DNA of 64,000 bases, taken from sequence record SRR20825019_1354; one strand, given 5' to 3'. This document shows, one piece after another, positions 18,926 to 28,994 of the stretch; position 1 is the first letter of the stretch, and every line of letters starts with the position of its first letter. The notes beneath the pieces were generated by a model. That model was not told where the DNA came from. It did not search any database and saw nothing but the letters and a program-made list of their open reading frames with translations. Both the position numbers and the translations under genes were made by a program.

Positions 18926-19099
18926 GCAAATCTCTCCCAAAAGTCGCTGAAATCCGATATTTACTGCGGCATTAGAGTTAATGGGAGGCACCGCCAAAGG
19001 CAAAGGAAAGTTTCCTAATGCACCAAGTTAGATTAGGAAGATTGACATCCGGGCGCGTGATGGCTTTTCTTGGCGCCCTTGATAGCTCAGGAGCGAGAC

Positions 19100-20260
19100 G
19101 TGAATAAAGGTGCAGGCCAATCTGCTGTCCTGTTTGAAGACACACCGCTGACGCTGGACAGCGGCGCAACACTTGCGCCCGTTACCGTCGGTTATGAGAC
19201 CTATGGCACGTTGAACGCAGATGCTTCAAACGCTGTGCTGATATGCCATGCGCTCACCGGTGACCAATATGTCGCAAGCGTGCACCCCATCACCGGTAAA
19301 CCCGGTTGGTGGGAACGCCTCGTGGGCCCCTGCAAGCTGATCGATACCAACAAATATTTTGTCATCTGCTCCAACGTGCTGGGCAGTTGCCTTGGCACTA
19401 CCGGCCCGTGGGAGCCAAACCCCGCTACCGGCAAACCGTGGGGCACCAGTTTCCCGGTTATTACCGTGCGCGACATGGTCAAGGTGCAGGCCGAACTTGT
19501 TGGCCACCTGGGCATTGAGCGGCTGATGATGATCATCGGCGGATCCATGGGCGGCATGCAGGTGCAGGAGTGGCTCACCACCTACCCTGAGCGCCTGCAC
19601 AGCGCCGTTATGCTGGCAACTGCCCCCCGGCATACAGCACAGAATATTGCCTTCCATGAGGTTGGCCGGCAAGCCATCATGGCTGACCCGAACTGGCGGG
19701 ATGGCCGCTACTATGAACATAGTGAGAAACCCGACAAAGGCCTTGCTGTTGCGCGCATGACCGCGCACATCACCTATCTGTCTGAAGATGCGCTTACCGC
19801 CAAATTTGGCCGCAACCTTCAGAATCGGGAAGCGGTTACCTTCGGTTTTGAAGCAGACTTTCAGGTGGAGAGCTACCTGCGGCATCAGGGCTCCACCTTC
19901 GTTGACCGGTTTGACGCCAACTCTTACCTCTATATCACCCGTGCGATGGACTATCTCGATATCGCGGCGCGGCATGACGGCCGGTTGGCGGATGCCTTCA
20001 AAGGCGCGGCCCACGTGCGCTGTTGCGTTATCAGTTTCACGTCAGACTGGCTGTACCCGACGGTTGAAAACAAGCGCATCGTGCATGCGCTAAACGCCGC
20101 TGGTGTGCCGGTAAGCTTCGCAGAGATCGAAAGCCCGTTCGGGCATGACGCCTTCCTTTTGGATGTGCCGGAGATGGACCATATGCTCACCGGCTTCGTA
20201 ACTGCCGCCGCACGCACCAACGGGCTGGACCCGGAGACGGGGGAGGCTGTGCATGACTGA
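19100..20260 (+). CDS. metX: Homoserine O-acyltransferase, MetX family
   Basis: CHALTG, GWW, GGSMGG nucleophile, FDANSY, SDWLYP, GHDAFL; GTG at 19100 with AGGAG 6 nt upstream. Confidence 0.95.
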   Translation: MNKGAGQSAVLFEDTPLTLDSGATLAPVTVGYETYGTLNADASNAVLICHALTGDQYVASVHPITGKPGWWERLVGPCKLIDTNKYFVICSNVLGSCLGTTGPWEPNPATGKPWGTSFPVITVRDMVKVQAELVGHLGIERLMMIIGGSMGGMQVQEWLTTYPERLHSAVMLATAPRHTAQNIAFHEVGRQAIMADPNWRDGRYYEHSEKPDKGLAVARMTAHITYLSEDALTAKFGRNLQNREAVTFGFEADFQVESYLRHQGSTFVDRFDANSYLYITRAMDYLDIAARHDGRLADAFKGAAHVRCCVISFTSDWLYPTVENKRIVHALNAAGVPVSFAEIESPFGHDAFLLDVPEMDHMLTGFVTAAARTNGLDPETGEAVHD

Positions 20261-20852
20261 GTTAAGGCCAGACCTGAAACTGATTGCAGACCTTGTTGAA
20301 AGCGGGAGCCGTGTGCTGGACGTCGGCTGTGATGATGGCGCGCTTCTTGACTATCTAGTGCGTGAGAAAAACGTTGATGGACGCGGTATCGAGATCAGCC
20401 AGCAGGGCGTGAACGACTGCGTGGCCAAAGGGCTGTTTGTCATTCAGGGTGACGCGGACAATGATCTGGCGGAATACCCTGATGAGAGCTTTGATTATGT
20501 CATCCTCTCAAAAACCCTGCAGGCGGTTCACCGGCCACAGCTTGTGCTCTCAGAGTTGTTGCGCATCGGCAAACACGCGGTTGTCACCATTCCGAACTTT
20601 GGCCAGTGGAAGGTACGCATGAGCCTTGCGATGCGCGGCCGTATGCCGGTAACCAAAGCGCTCGACAAAACATGGTACAACACAGACAATATTCACTTCT
20701 GTACGATCCTCGATCTTTTCGACCTGGTTGAGGCCGAAGGCTTCAAGGTGCGCGAATTTGTGCCACACCGCCGTGATGGTACCCGCCTCACTATGGGCCG
20801 CACCCGCGCCAACTGGCATGCGGATCAGGGCCTGTTCCTGCTTGAACGCTAA
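20253..20852 (+). CDS. metW: Methionine biosynthesis protein MetW
   Basis: [31 protein letters not shown]; overlaps the metX stop. Confidence 0.95.
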   Translation: MTELRPDLKLIADLVESGSRVLDVGCDDGALLDYLVREKNVDGRGIEISQQGVNDCVAKGLFVIQGDADNDLAEYPDESFDYVILSKTLQAVHRPQLVLSELLRIGKHAVVTIPNFGQWKVRMSLAMRGRMPVTKALDKTWYNTDNIHFCTILDLFDLVEAEGFKVREFVPHRRDGTRLTMGRTRANWHADQGLFLLER

Positions 20853-20941
20853 CCCCCTAAGCCCAAAGCCTAGACCAAAAGCTGGGATTGACCGTTCAGT
20901 CGTGCCGTGGCTCTCTTGCCTCTCATTAATGGGAAGGAAGA

Positions 20942-21433
20942 ATGCTGATGCGTGCATGGATATTGAAGGTGGTATGTGTATTTTTTCTGACGTCAGCCGT
21001 CACCGCTCAGGAACAGATCGATTACAGCCATTCGGACGCCTACGCGCGCCTATACCTTGAGCAGAGCTTCTCATCGCTCGCACCGCACACAACAGACGAT
21101 ATCACCTTTGTTGACCGGTTCGCGCAAACGGAAGGACGCACCACCACGCTGAAAGGGTTCGCAAATCGCGCTGACACCTCGCCAGTTGCGTTCAAGAGCT
21201 TCACTTTGGGCACACCGCTTTATAGTGGCAACCGCATGTTATACCCGAGCCGGATAGTATTCACCCTGCCCGCAGAAGCTTTCGGGGTGGAGGGTGAGGC
21301 GTTTACCTTCGATGTACCGATGACCCTGCTTATCAGGATAAAAGACAATCTCGTGAGCTATCACGAGGACATCATGGATGTACCTGAATTTCAGAAACAA
21401 ATGCGGGAACAAATAGCCGCACGCGGTTCCTAA
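20942..21433 (+). CDS. Secreted hypothetical protein, possibly SnoaL/NTF2-like
   Basis: Signal peptide ending VTA; DDITFVD and a C-terminal beta pattern (IRIKDNLVSYHEDIMD) typical of SnoaL-like folds; AAGGAAG RBS. Confidence 0.6.
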   Translation: MLMRAWILKVVCVFFLTSAVTAQEQIDYSHSDAYARLYLEQSFSSLAPHTTDDITFVDRFAQTEGRTTTLKGFANRADTSPVAFKSFTLGTPLYSGNRMLYPSRIVFTLPAEAFGVEGEAFTFDVPMTLLIRIKDNLVSYHEDIMDVPEFQKQMREQIAARGS

Positions 21434-21936
21434 AGGCTCGGCAGCTCTTTGGAAATCACAACACCGTCAGCATCAGCGATCACCCAATTGCCGGGGTGCA
21501 CTGTGACACCGCCGATGGCGATCTCGACATTCACCTGCCCTCGGCCCAGCTTTTCGCTTTTCTGCGGGCAGGAACCAAGCGCCTTGATGCCCACATCTTC
21601 CCGCGCCAGTTCATGCTGGTCACGCACGCGACCATAAATCACGATACCTTCCCAGCCATTTTTGGCTGCAAGCCCAGCCAGGTTGCCGCCCAGAAGCGCC
21701 ACGCGGCTTGAGCCGCCACCATCCACCACCAACACACGGCCCTCACCCTTGGTTTCAAGTAGCGCCCGCACCTTGGTATTGTCATCCAGCGTTTTGAGGG
21801 TAACGGCAGGCCCGGCGAAATCGAGCGTCCCGCCATAGTCATGAAAATCGACCGGCAGGACAGACACAGCGTCACCCATCGCGTCACACACATCTGCAGT
21901 CGCAAGTTTTGGCGTGATAATTCTGCCAAGGGGCAT
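21430..21936 (-). CDS. rraA: RraA family protein (HMG aldolase/RNase E regulator)
   Basis: TADVCD, FAGPAVT, DN, VLVVDGGGS, ALLGGNL, VRD, ADADG. Confidence 0.92.
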   Translation of the reverse strand: MPLGRIITPKLATADVCDAMGDAVSVLPVDFHDYGGTLDFAGPAVTLKTLDDNTKVRALLETKGEGRVLVVDGGGSSRVALLGGNLAGLAAKNGWEGIVIYGRVRDQHELAREDVGIKALGSCPQKSEKLGRGQVNVEIAIGGVTVHPGNWVIADADGVVISKELPSL

Positions 21937-21978
21937 GATATTGGTCCGTCCTGCTGTCAGTTTTGTCCGTCCGTTCGG

Positions 21979-22191
21979 CTAGTCTTGCTTGTGAATGATT
22001 GGCACCAGCATATCGCCCCATGCGCCTTCTTCATTATGGTAACGTGATGCCCGCATCAACTCCACCGTAACGCCCTTGCTCACGGCGGAAATAACGGCAT
22101 CGTTCAAGCGGTGCAGGGCGTTTGCCACCTGCCGGATCGCCATTTCTTTGTCGTCACTCATCGTCGATTCTTTAGGGGTATCGTCAGTCAT
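21979..22191 (-). CDS. Small protein resembling the SMc00767 family (acetate metabolism associated)
   Basis: AIRQVANALHRLN.AV..AV..GVTVELMR..R.H...G.WGD.LVP pattern recalled for that family; GGAGAG RBS. Confidence 0.6.
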   Translation of the reverse strand: MTDDTPKESTMSDDKEMAIRQVANALHRLNDAVISAVSKGVTVELMRASRYHNEEGAWGDMLVPIIHKQD

Positions 22192-22434
22192 GGGGCTCTC
22201 CGCTTATTGAGACGCTATTGAATAATTTTATGACCCAAACAATATTATCCACGCAATAATAATACAAGGCGTTTTCTAGGCGTTTTCTGGGTGCCCTGCG
22301 TTTGTTCGGCCAGAATACAAGGTGGACCGTCGCCGCAAAATAACAAGGCCAACATGCGCTTGTCTGGCGTGATCGTGAATGGCCCGCACCCTGTTTTCTC
22401 GTTACCATCCTAACACAATGACAGGAGGACAAAC

Positions 22435-23079
22435 ATGGCTGATCATCTGGCTGGCATGACATTATTCGGTGCAAAAGGGGGCGGCTCCGCCATCATTGAG
22501 GCCCTGCTTGCTATTCTGGACCTTCCCTACGCACGCCGGTATCTGGATTGGGATAGCCTGCACGATCCAAGTGGCCCCCTCTCCAAGGTGAACCCCGCTT
22601 GTGAGATACCAACGCTTCTGTTGCAGGACGGGTCTGTGATGACCGAATCTGCCGCCATCACCCTTTGGCTGGGGGCTGAAAGGCCAGAGAGCGGGCTGGT
22701 GCCACTCGTAGGCACACCAGAACACCCCGAGTTCCTGCGCAGGCTTATATGGCTGGTTGCAAGCGTATACCCCACCTTCAGCTATGGCGACCACCCTGAA
22801 CGCTGGCTTAAAAACGAGGCTGCTGCTCAAGCGCTTAGAACTGCAACAGACAAGCGCCGGGAAGTGATGTGGCAACAGTTTGAAGCCGCTATTACACCAG
22901 CGCCCTGGCTATTGGGTGATGCGATGACAGCGCTGGATATTTATATGGCGGTTATGACCCATTGGCGTCCACGGCGCGACTGGTTCGAGGAAAACTGCCC
23001 CAAACTATTTGGTATCGCCAAGCGCGTGGATACCATCCCTGAACTGAAAGAGGTTTGGGAAAGAAACTTTGCGCCCTGA
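22435..23079 (+). CDS. Glutathione S-transferase family protein
   Basis: NP...IPTL, MTESAAI, YPTFSYGD.P.RW, W.PRR.WF; AGGAGG RBS. Confidence 0.9.
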   Translation: MADHLAGMTLFGAKGGGSAIIEALLAILDLPYARRYLDWDSLHDPSGPLSKVNPACEIPTLLLQDGSVMTESAAITLWLGAERPESGLVPLVGTPEHPEFLRRLIWLVASVYPTFSYGDHPERWLKNEAAAQALRTATDKRREVMWQQFEAAITPAPWLLGDAMTALDIYMAVMTHWRPRRDWFEENCPKLFGIAKRVDTIPELKEVWERNFAP

Positions 23080-23083
23080 GCGC

Positions 23084-23818
23084 CTAGGCCCCAGCCCCCG
23101 GCCCGGTTAATACCGGCATGCCCCGCACCGATTTGGAGGCCTTCGGCAGCGCGCCATAAACCTGCTTCTGTGCACATACGAGAAGCACGCCACCGAGATT
23201 ACGCCCAAGGGCATGCACCACCGGTTCACCGTACCGCACGATACGCGCACCACCGGGCCATGAGAAAGGTGGTAACATCAATGCCGTATCCCACCCTTCG
23301 GGGGGCAGCATCTGCTCGCTCATCAGCTCATAAAGCTGGGCTTTGGAATAGGGCCTGCCGTGCCCAAACGGGGTGATATCGAGCGCAGACCAGCTTCTGC
23401 GCCTGTTGGGTACAATCAGAACGATCTGTCCACCCGGCGCCAGCACACGCCACAACTCCCGCAGCAAATGTTTGGGCCTGTTTGCATGCTCAAGCGAATG
23501 AGCAAGGATAAAACGATCAACACTCGAATCCGGCAAAGGCAAATGGTATTCTTCAACCAGTGCCGTGCGGCTGCCGTGCGCGCCCGGCCAGTGACACACG
23601 CCTTGCTGCGCCGGCATAAATGCCAGATAGCGCGCGGCCGCGTCAGCTTCCTGCTGCTCAATCACGTCCAGATAAGGGAGCGCATAACCAAGGCCAACGG
23701 TCACACCGCCAGCGCGGCGTGACAAGAGATTACGAAGCCGATCAGACACCAGTGTCGCCACGGTCTGACCAAGCGCCCCTGCATAAAAGCGGTGTAGTTT
23801 AAGGACCTCAGGCCGCAC
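23084..23818 (-). CDS. Class I SAM-dependent methyltransferase-like protein (YafS-type)
   Basis: FY...LG, GLGYA.PYL, FMPA.QGV..WP, H.LE, E.WRVL.PGG, PFGHGRPYS; likely GTG start 23818 overlapping the upstream stop. Confidence 0.85.
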   Translation of the reverse strand: MRPEVLKLHRFYAGALGQTVATLVSDRLRNLLSRRAGGVTVGLGYALPYLDVIEQQEADAAARYLAFMPAQQGVCHWPGAHGSRTALVEEYHLPLPDSSVDRFILAHSLEHANRPKHLLRELWRVLAPGGQIVLIVPNRRRSWSALDITPFGHGRPYSKAQLYELMSEQMLPPEGWDTALMLPPFSWPGGARIVRYGEPVVHALGRNLGGVLLVCAQKQVYGALPKASKSVRGMPVLTGPGAGA

Positions 23819-25073
23819 GGGCCACCTCCCCATTTTTTAACCAGCTCACAAGTGGCGCCCAAAGCCCACGCTCGGCCCGGGAACCAACCATCATACCCAC
23901 ATGGCCCGCACCCGGGTCATGTGTCGTGGCATTTGGCAAGCGCCGCGCCATGGCAAATGCGCTATCTTGCGGCACCAGCCTATCCTTCTTGGGGGCAGCT
24001 ATCCATACCGGGCAGTTGATCTCTTCAAGCGCTACAGGCGCGCGCCCTACATTCCAGACACCTCTGCCCGTCTCATTCTCCAGATACCATGCGCGAATAC
24101 ATTCTTCCGCCGCACTGCGCGCAAGCGGTGCACCTGTGTTGGCCCATGTCTCGAGCGCAACAAAAAATTTCGCTTCCTCACTCTGAGCTTCAAGCCCGGC
24201 GAAACGCCTGAATTTTCTGTCGCTCAGCGTCGGGTCAACGCTCGTGAAAAATACCTGCATCATATCCGTTGGCACCGGCATGCCTTCGGGCAATTGGTCC
24301 AGCAGCTCGGCCATCACATGGGCATACCTGCGACCCGCATGCGGCACTTCCGAGGCGAAATCCCACGGGGCCGCCACCAGCGCCAGGCTAGAGACCAGGT
24401 CTCCCGCTCGTGCAGCTAGCCCGGTCATCAATGTGCCACCCATGCAATACCCCAGCACCGGGCACGCCGCACCAGATAGCGCGCATATATATTCGAGCAT
24501 CGGTTTGGCGCGCTTGAGGATAAAATCACTCAAACCAAAGGTTAGTTCCTCTTCACCCGGATCAAACCACTTCACCAGAAAGGGCCGAAAACCACGCTGC
24601 TTCAGGTATTGGGCTAAACTGCGCCCCGGCATCAGGTCCAGAACATAGTGTGGATTCACAAGGCTTGGCACCATAAGGATGGGCTGACCATCACCCCCAA
24701 AATCAAAGAGCTCACAACTGCCTACATTCAAGCATGAAACCGCGTCGCTTTCGGGACGAACATAGGGATGTTGCAGATACTGGTTTATACCTTGGAGGAA
24801 CCCTTCTGCCTGCCTCCCCGCACCCGCTCCAACAGCTTTTAGAAAACGGCTATGGGAATCCGGGTCAGCCATACAAGCCTTAAGGGCGGCCATGTCATCT
24901 GCGATAACCGGATGCCACGCACCGTCCCCTGTTAGAAAGCGCACCGCGCCAGCCGGCGCTTCCCGCCATATGCCGAGAGCGTTGGAAAGATGCAGCGCCA
25001 TCGGCCTTGGGCCCTTGATCTCGCTCGGCGACATTGCGTCGGTGCTTGCTTTATCGGAAAATTCACGCCGCAT
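23808..25073 (-). CDS. PhaC-like alpha/beta hydrolase (short PHA synthase homolog)
   Basis: VPSLVN..YVLDL.P.RSL, GYCMGG (Cys nucleophile box), D(RLVP), GHVG; AAGGAGG before ATG 25073. Confidence 0.82.
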   Translation of the reverse strand: MRREFSDKASTDAMSPSEIKGPRPMALHLSNALGIWREAPAGAVRFLTGDGAWHPVIADDMAALKACMADPDSHSRFLKAVGAGAGRQAEGFLQGINQYLQHPYVRPESDAVSCLNVGSCELFDFGGDGQPILMVPSLVNPHYVLDLMPGRSLAQYLKQRGFRPFLVKWFDPGEEELTFGLSDFILKRAKPMLEYICALSGAACPVLGYCMGGTLMTGLAARAGDLVSSLALVAAPWDFASEVPHAGRRYAHVMAELLDQLPEGMPVPTDMMQVFFTSVDPTLSDRKFRRFAGLEAQSEEAKFFVALETWANTGAPLARSAAEECIRAWYLENETGRGVWNVGRAPVALEEINCPVWIAAPKKDRLVPQDSAFAMARRLPNATTHDPGAGHVGMMVGSRAERGLWAPLVSWLKNGEVARAA

Positions 25074-25260
25074 TTTCGTCGCCCTCCTTATCTGAGAACG
25101 AGCTACCATCACCAACAGGTGTGCTCAGGCCAGCGGCCTCCAGAAGGGCTTCAAGTTCGCGGGGGGCCAACAGTTCTTTCTCAACCGCCCATAGACGGAT
25201 GTTTTCCTGCCAGAGTGCCAGAAACACGTCCGCTGCTTTATCGATGTCTTCATCACCCAT
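25063..25260 (-). CDS. Small hypothetical protein (65 aa) overlapping the PhaC-like start
   Basis: MGDEDIDKAADVFLALWQENIRLW...; AGGA upstream; 11-nt overlap with the downstream gene. Confidence 0.55.
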   Translation of the reverse strand: MGDEDIDKAADVFLALWQENIRLWAVEKELLAPRELEALLEAAGLSTPVGDGSSFSDKEGDENAA

Positions 25261-25307
25261 GGGTAATTTCCTAAAGGAGCCACATCGGCAAGCAAAGCCA
25301 TTTTCTG

Positions 25308-25342
25308 TGTGCAAATGCACAATTTTCCTTGCGGCAGCGCAC
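25308..25342. promoter_or_regulatory. PhaR-type TGC..GCA operator sites
   Basis: Palindrome TGTGCA-AA-TGCACA (25308-25321) and TGCGGCAGCGCA (25330-25341) in the phaR divergent promoter. Confidence 0.55.
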
Positions 25343-25470
25343 CAAATACCATTTAATTCCGCGCTAGAATAAGGATTTATGCATATCTTGCGCAGCAACA
25401 AAGCTCCGACGCAATATATGAACCGGGTGACTGTTAAGGGCAAGCAGTCACTCCAAGGGTGAAGTTAACT

Positions 25471-26061
25471 ATGGCGCGTAAAAAGCGAGAGCCGGGCGAA
25501 CCAATCGTCATAAAAAAATATGCGAACCGGCGTCTCTATAATACTGAGACTTCGAGCTACGTTACGCTTGACCATCTGGCAGACATGATCAAAGGCGGAG
25601 ACGAGTTTATCGTACTGGATGCCAAAAGCGGCGATGATCTCACGCGCACTGTTCTTACCCAGATCATCTTTGAAAAAGAAACCAATGAGAAGAACATGCT
25701 ACCGCTTTCTTTCCTGCGGCAGTTGATCAGCCTTTACGGTGACGGGCTGCAGGTCATGGTGCCAACGTACCTGCAAAGCGCCATGGAAGTTCTGACCCGC
25801 AACCAGGACCAAATCCGCCGCGCCTGTGGTGGCGATACAAATGCGCGTAGTTTCATGCCCATTTTTGAAGAGATCGCCCGGCAGAACATGGCGCTTTTTG
25901 AAGAAAGCATGCGTGTTTTCACCAGCCGCACGACCGGCAAGACGGGGCCTGCTCCTGCCAAACCTTCCGCCAACCGTACCGCAGAGAAGGACGAGAAGAT
26001 CGCAGCCCTTCAAGCCCAGTTGGCTGCGCTCAAGGAAAAGGTGGACGCGCTTTCCAATTAG
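25471..26061 (+). CDS. phaR: Polyhydroxyalkanoate synthesis repressor PhaR
   Basis: IKKYANRRLYNT..S.YVTL, DAKSGDDLTR.VL.QII, LP..FLRQLI..YG. Confidence 0.96.
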   Translation: MARKKREPGEPIVIKKYANRRLYNTETSSYVTLDHLADMIKGGDEFIVLDAKSGDDLTRTVLTQIIFEKETNEKNMLPLSFLRQLISLYGDGLQVMVPTYLQSAMEVLTRNQDQIRRACGGDTNARSFMPIFEEIARQNMALFEESMRVFTSRTTGKTGPAPAKPSANRTAEKDEKIAALQAQLAALKEKVDALSN

Positions 26062-26154
26062 ACGCACCCACTAACGGCCATCTCCCGATCTTGTGATACT
26101 AACCGCCTATAATTTCGCTATGCTGAACGCGTTTCCACTGTCAGGATTTCCGGC

Positions 26155-27327
26155 ATGCCAATCATTCTGTTTGCAATTTTTATCGACCTTCTGGGTTTTG
26201 GCATCATCGTCCCCATACTGCCGTTCCTGACACTGAAGTACGGCGGCGACACTATGGTCGGCACCGCCCTTGTCTCGATCTATTCTTTGATGACATTTCT
26301 TGCGGGGCCTTTATGGGGCCGCCTTTCGGACCGTATCGGGCGGCGCCCTGCGCTTGCCGCAACCTTCCTTGGGTCCACCCTCGCTTATATCGCTCTCGCA
26401 TTCTCAAGCAGTCTCGTCATGCTTTTTGTAGCGCGCGCGCTGTCCGGCATGATGGCGGGGAACGTGGGCATTGCCATGGCTGCCATGTCTGACCTGACGG
26501 ATGAAAACAACCGCGGGCGTGCCATGGGCCTGATAGGCGCCACCTTCGGGCTCGGTTTCGCTTTCGGGCCTTTCATCGGTGGCTTGCTGGGCAGTGTAGG
26601 CGGTGAGCCCAACATCTTTCTACCCGCCCTGGCCGCAGCGGTCTTTTCGTTCACGGCCATGTTCCTGACCGCACGCTACATGCCGGAAACCAGCAAACAC
26701 AGGCAGGAAGACGCAGACGACGGGCAAGGAAAAGTACCCCTTCCGCATTGGACCGTTGTGATCAAATCACCGGGCCAGCTTATGCTTTTTGCCATGTTCT
26801 TCGTTACTGCCATCGGGCAAAGTATCTGCTTTGCAATCACGCCCTTTTGGGCCCAAGCCATGCTTGGCTGGGATCAAGTGAAAGTTGGTTTCCTTCTGGC
26901 GGGTGTCGGGCTTTGCGTCGCGGCTATACAGTCGCTTGCCATCGGACCTCTCTTTAAAAGGTTTGGCGAACTGAAGTCCTTGATGATAGGTGCAACCGCA
27001 CATCTGATAGGTTGTGCAATTTTGATATTTGGTCCCGGCACCGTCACCACAGCGCTGATTGCCTTCCCGCTTGTCATGAGCGGCCTGACCGTTTCCTTCC
27101 CCGCGCTCAACAGCATTGTCTCCCGCAGGGCTGACAAACGCCTGCAAGGCACGGCGCTCGGGTTTTCAAGCGGCATGTCTGCGCTTGGGCGGGTTTTTGG
27201 GCCGCTGGCTGGCGGGATGGTTTTTGCCGGTTATTCTGCGAACTCGCCGTTTTTTGTAGTCGCCGCCACAGGGGTTATCGCCTTTATTTGGGCGGCATCA
27301 GAGGTCAGGCGCGTCTCACACAGCTAA
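26155..27327 (+). CDS. MFS transporter, DHA1/TetA-like
   Basis: DLLGFGII.P.LP, motif A GRLSDRIGRRP, motif C G...GP.IGG. Confidence 0.9.
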   Translation: MPIILFAIFIDLLGFGIIVPILPFLTLKYGGDTMVGTALVSIYSLMTFLAGPLWGRLSDRIGRRPALAATFLGSTLAYIALAFSSSLVMLFVARALSGMMAGNVGIAMAAMSDLTDENNRGRAMGLIGATFGLGFAFGPFIGGLLGSVGGEPNIFLPALAAAVFSFTAMFLTARYMPETSKHRQEDADDGQGKVPLPHWTVVIKSPGQLMLFAMFFVTAIGQSICFAITPFWAQAMLGWDQVKVGFLLAGVGLCVAAIQSLAIGPLFKRFGELKSLMIGATAHLIGCAILIFGPGTVTTALIAFPLVMSGLTVSFPALNSIVSRRADKRLQGTALGFSSGMSALGRVFGPLAGGMVFAGYSANSPFFVVAATGVIAFIWAASEVRRVSHS

Positions 27328-27330
27328 CAT

Positions 27331-28008
27331 TTAACTGTTTTGCCCAACACACTGCATTGCCTGCCCTTTAAGCCACGATCCCATATCACGGGCCGTTGCA
27401 GCCATCGCCCGGTTAAAGGCTGCCGCAATCGCGTCGTTTTCGCTTGCACCAACCACCTCGACGGATTGCTCGAACGTTGGGTGACTAAGCAGCTTGCTAT
27501 CCCTCAACCTCACGAGCGCCATCTCAACCGCAACCACAACCTTGTCATCAGTGGCGACATCGCCCGGCACGAACTCAAGCGCCCAGACCTTTGTGCCCAA
27601 ACGGCAGCCTGCATGAATATCAAGACCGCCTTCACCAATCATATGCGCACCGGCTTTATCGCCCATCGAGCGCACAACATAATCCCTGACGAGGTTACTG
27701 AGCGGTGCAGACCAACGCGCGCCCTTAAGCGTGCTACGTTTCTGGCCCGCAAGCGCGACCGAGATATTCTGACCGACAAGGCCATCACCCAAATGAGGTT
27801 CGTCCACATAAATCACCGCAGCACCCGCTTCGCCGCTGTGGTAAGCACCGTCATAGCGAAGCGAATATACGGTGTCTGCAGGGCCATCCCCGCCGAAGGA
27901 GATGATCGGCCCACATGCGGATAGAGCGGCCCCGAAGGTCGCCAGCAATAGAGCCGCAACCTTTGCCTCTCTGCGACGAGAGAAGAATGTTTTGGCTCGC
28001 AACATCAT
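27331..28008 (-). CDS. ABC-type auxiliary lipoprotein (PqiC-like)
   Basis: Lipobox LSAC, ARW motif; last gene of the mla-like operon. Confidence 0.8.
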   Translation of the reverse strand: MMLRAKTFFSRRREAKVAALLLATFGAALSACGPIISFGGDGPADTVYSLRYDGAYHSGEAGAAVIYVDEPHLGDGLVGQNISVALAGQKRSTLKGARWSAPLSNLVRDYVVRSMGDKAGAHMIGEGGLDIHAGCRLGTKVWALEFVPGDVATDDKVVVAVEMALVRLRDSKLLSHPTFEQSVEVVGASENDAIAAAFNRAMAATARDMGSWLKGQAMQCVGQNS

Positions 28009-28976
28009 TTTTTCTTCTCCTCTTCGGAACGGGTCTTCAGGTCATACTTTGTTTCATTAGGCCCAAACAGCGCTTCACTCGGGTTCCGCTCGATACGAGT
28101 GACTAACCGCGACAAGCTCCTCGCGGTTCGCCGCAGGTCAGCAATCATACGTGTTACCTCAGGCAAACTACCTGCCACAAACTGGGTGATGTTTTCTTCG
28201 TTCGCGGCCACCAGCCCATCAATTCGTGCCAGCGTTGCCTCAGCCGCGTTCACAGCTTTAACAGCTTCGCTCATCAGAAGCGTAGCATCTTCAGATAACA
28301 GCTTGTTACCACTGTCCGCCAACTGATCAAGCTTGAAGGCCGTCTCATTCACCTTTGCCATAACCGAACGCGCTTCGGCGACAAGCAGGTCGAGATCTTT
28401 GGTGCCGTCAGCCAAGTTGGCGCTGACGCTATCAGCGTTTGAGAGAATGTTGGACACCCGGCCCAGATTGTCATCGCTCAAGAGTTTCTGAACCTGCTGG
28501 ATTGCAAGAATGGCTTCGTTGATCAGGTTGGGCGCGCTTTCATAAAACTCAAGAAGCGGGGAGGCTTCAGACGGGATCACTGCCCGCTCATGCCCTTCTT
28601 TCGGCCTAAGCTTCGCACCGCCCTGCGGGCCACCCTTCAGCTCAATATAGGCAACGCCAGTAAGGCCCTGAAACTCAAGCCTTGCCGTAGCGCCCTCCGT
28701 CACAGGCACTTCGTCCCGTAGCCTGACAATCACATGCACCCTGCTGCTGTCCTGTGCTGCCACGCGGATATCACGCACATCGCCAACCGGAATACCCAGA
28801 TAATACACCACACTACGCTTATATAGACCGGACACCGTGCCATCGAAATAGATGTCATAGTCGCGGTATTCTGCATCCAGATCGACCTTCGCAACCCAAA
28901 TGGCGAATGCTATCAACCCCGTCAAAAACGCGAGGACAAAGCCGCCAACCAATATATGTGATGCCCGAGTTTCCAT
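28005..28976 (-). CDS. mlaD: MlaD/MCE family protein
   Basis: METRA...VG.FV, VSGL...V.Y.GI.VG.V, QGLTG..YIEL.GG, long helical tail ending ERNP. Confidence 0.9.
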   Translation of the reverse strand: METRASHILVGGFVLAFLTGLIAFAIWVAKVDLDAEYRDYDIYFDGTVSGLYKRSVVYYLGIPVGDVRDIRVAAQDSSRVHVIVRLRDEVPVTEGATARLEFQGLTGVAYIELKGGPQGGAKLRPKEGHERAVIPSEASPLLEFYESAPNLINEAILAIQQVQKLLSDDNLGRVSNILSNADSVSANLADGTKDLDLLVAEARSVMAKVNETAFKLDQLADSGNKLLSEDATLLMSEAVKAVNAAEATLARIDGLVAANEENITQFVAGSLPEVTRMIADLRRTARSLSRLVTRIERNPSEALFGPNETKYDLKTRSEEEKKK

Positions 28977-28994
28977 CGCCTGAAGCGCCCCTGC

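Noticed and set aside
18926-19100. SAM-II riboswitch upstream of metX
   Set aside because: No GCTGATTT/GGTGATTT ... GCTAAA pseudoknot pattern, and the leader after TTGACA is too short.
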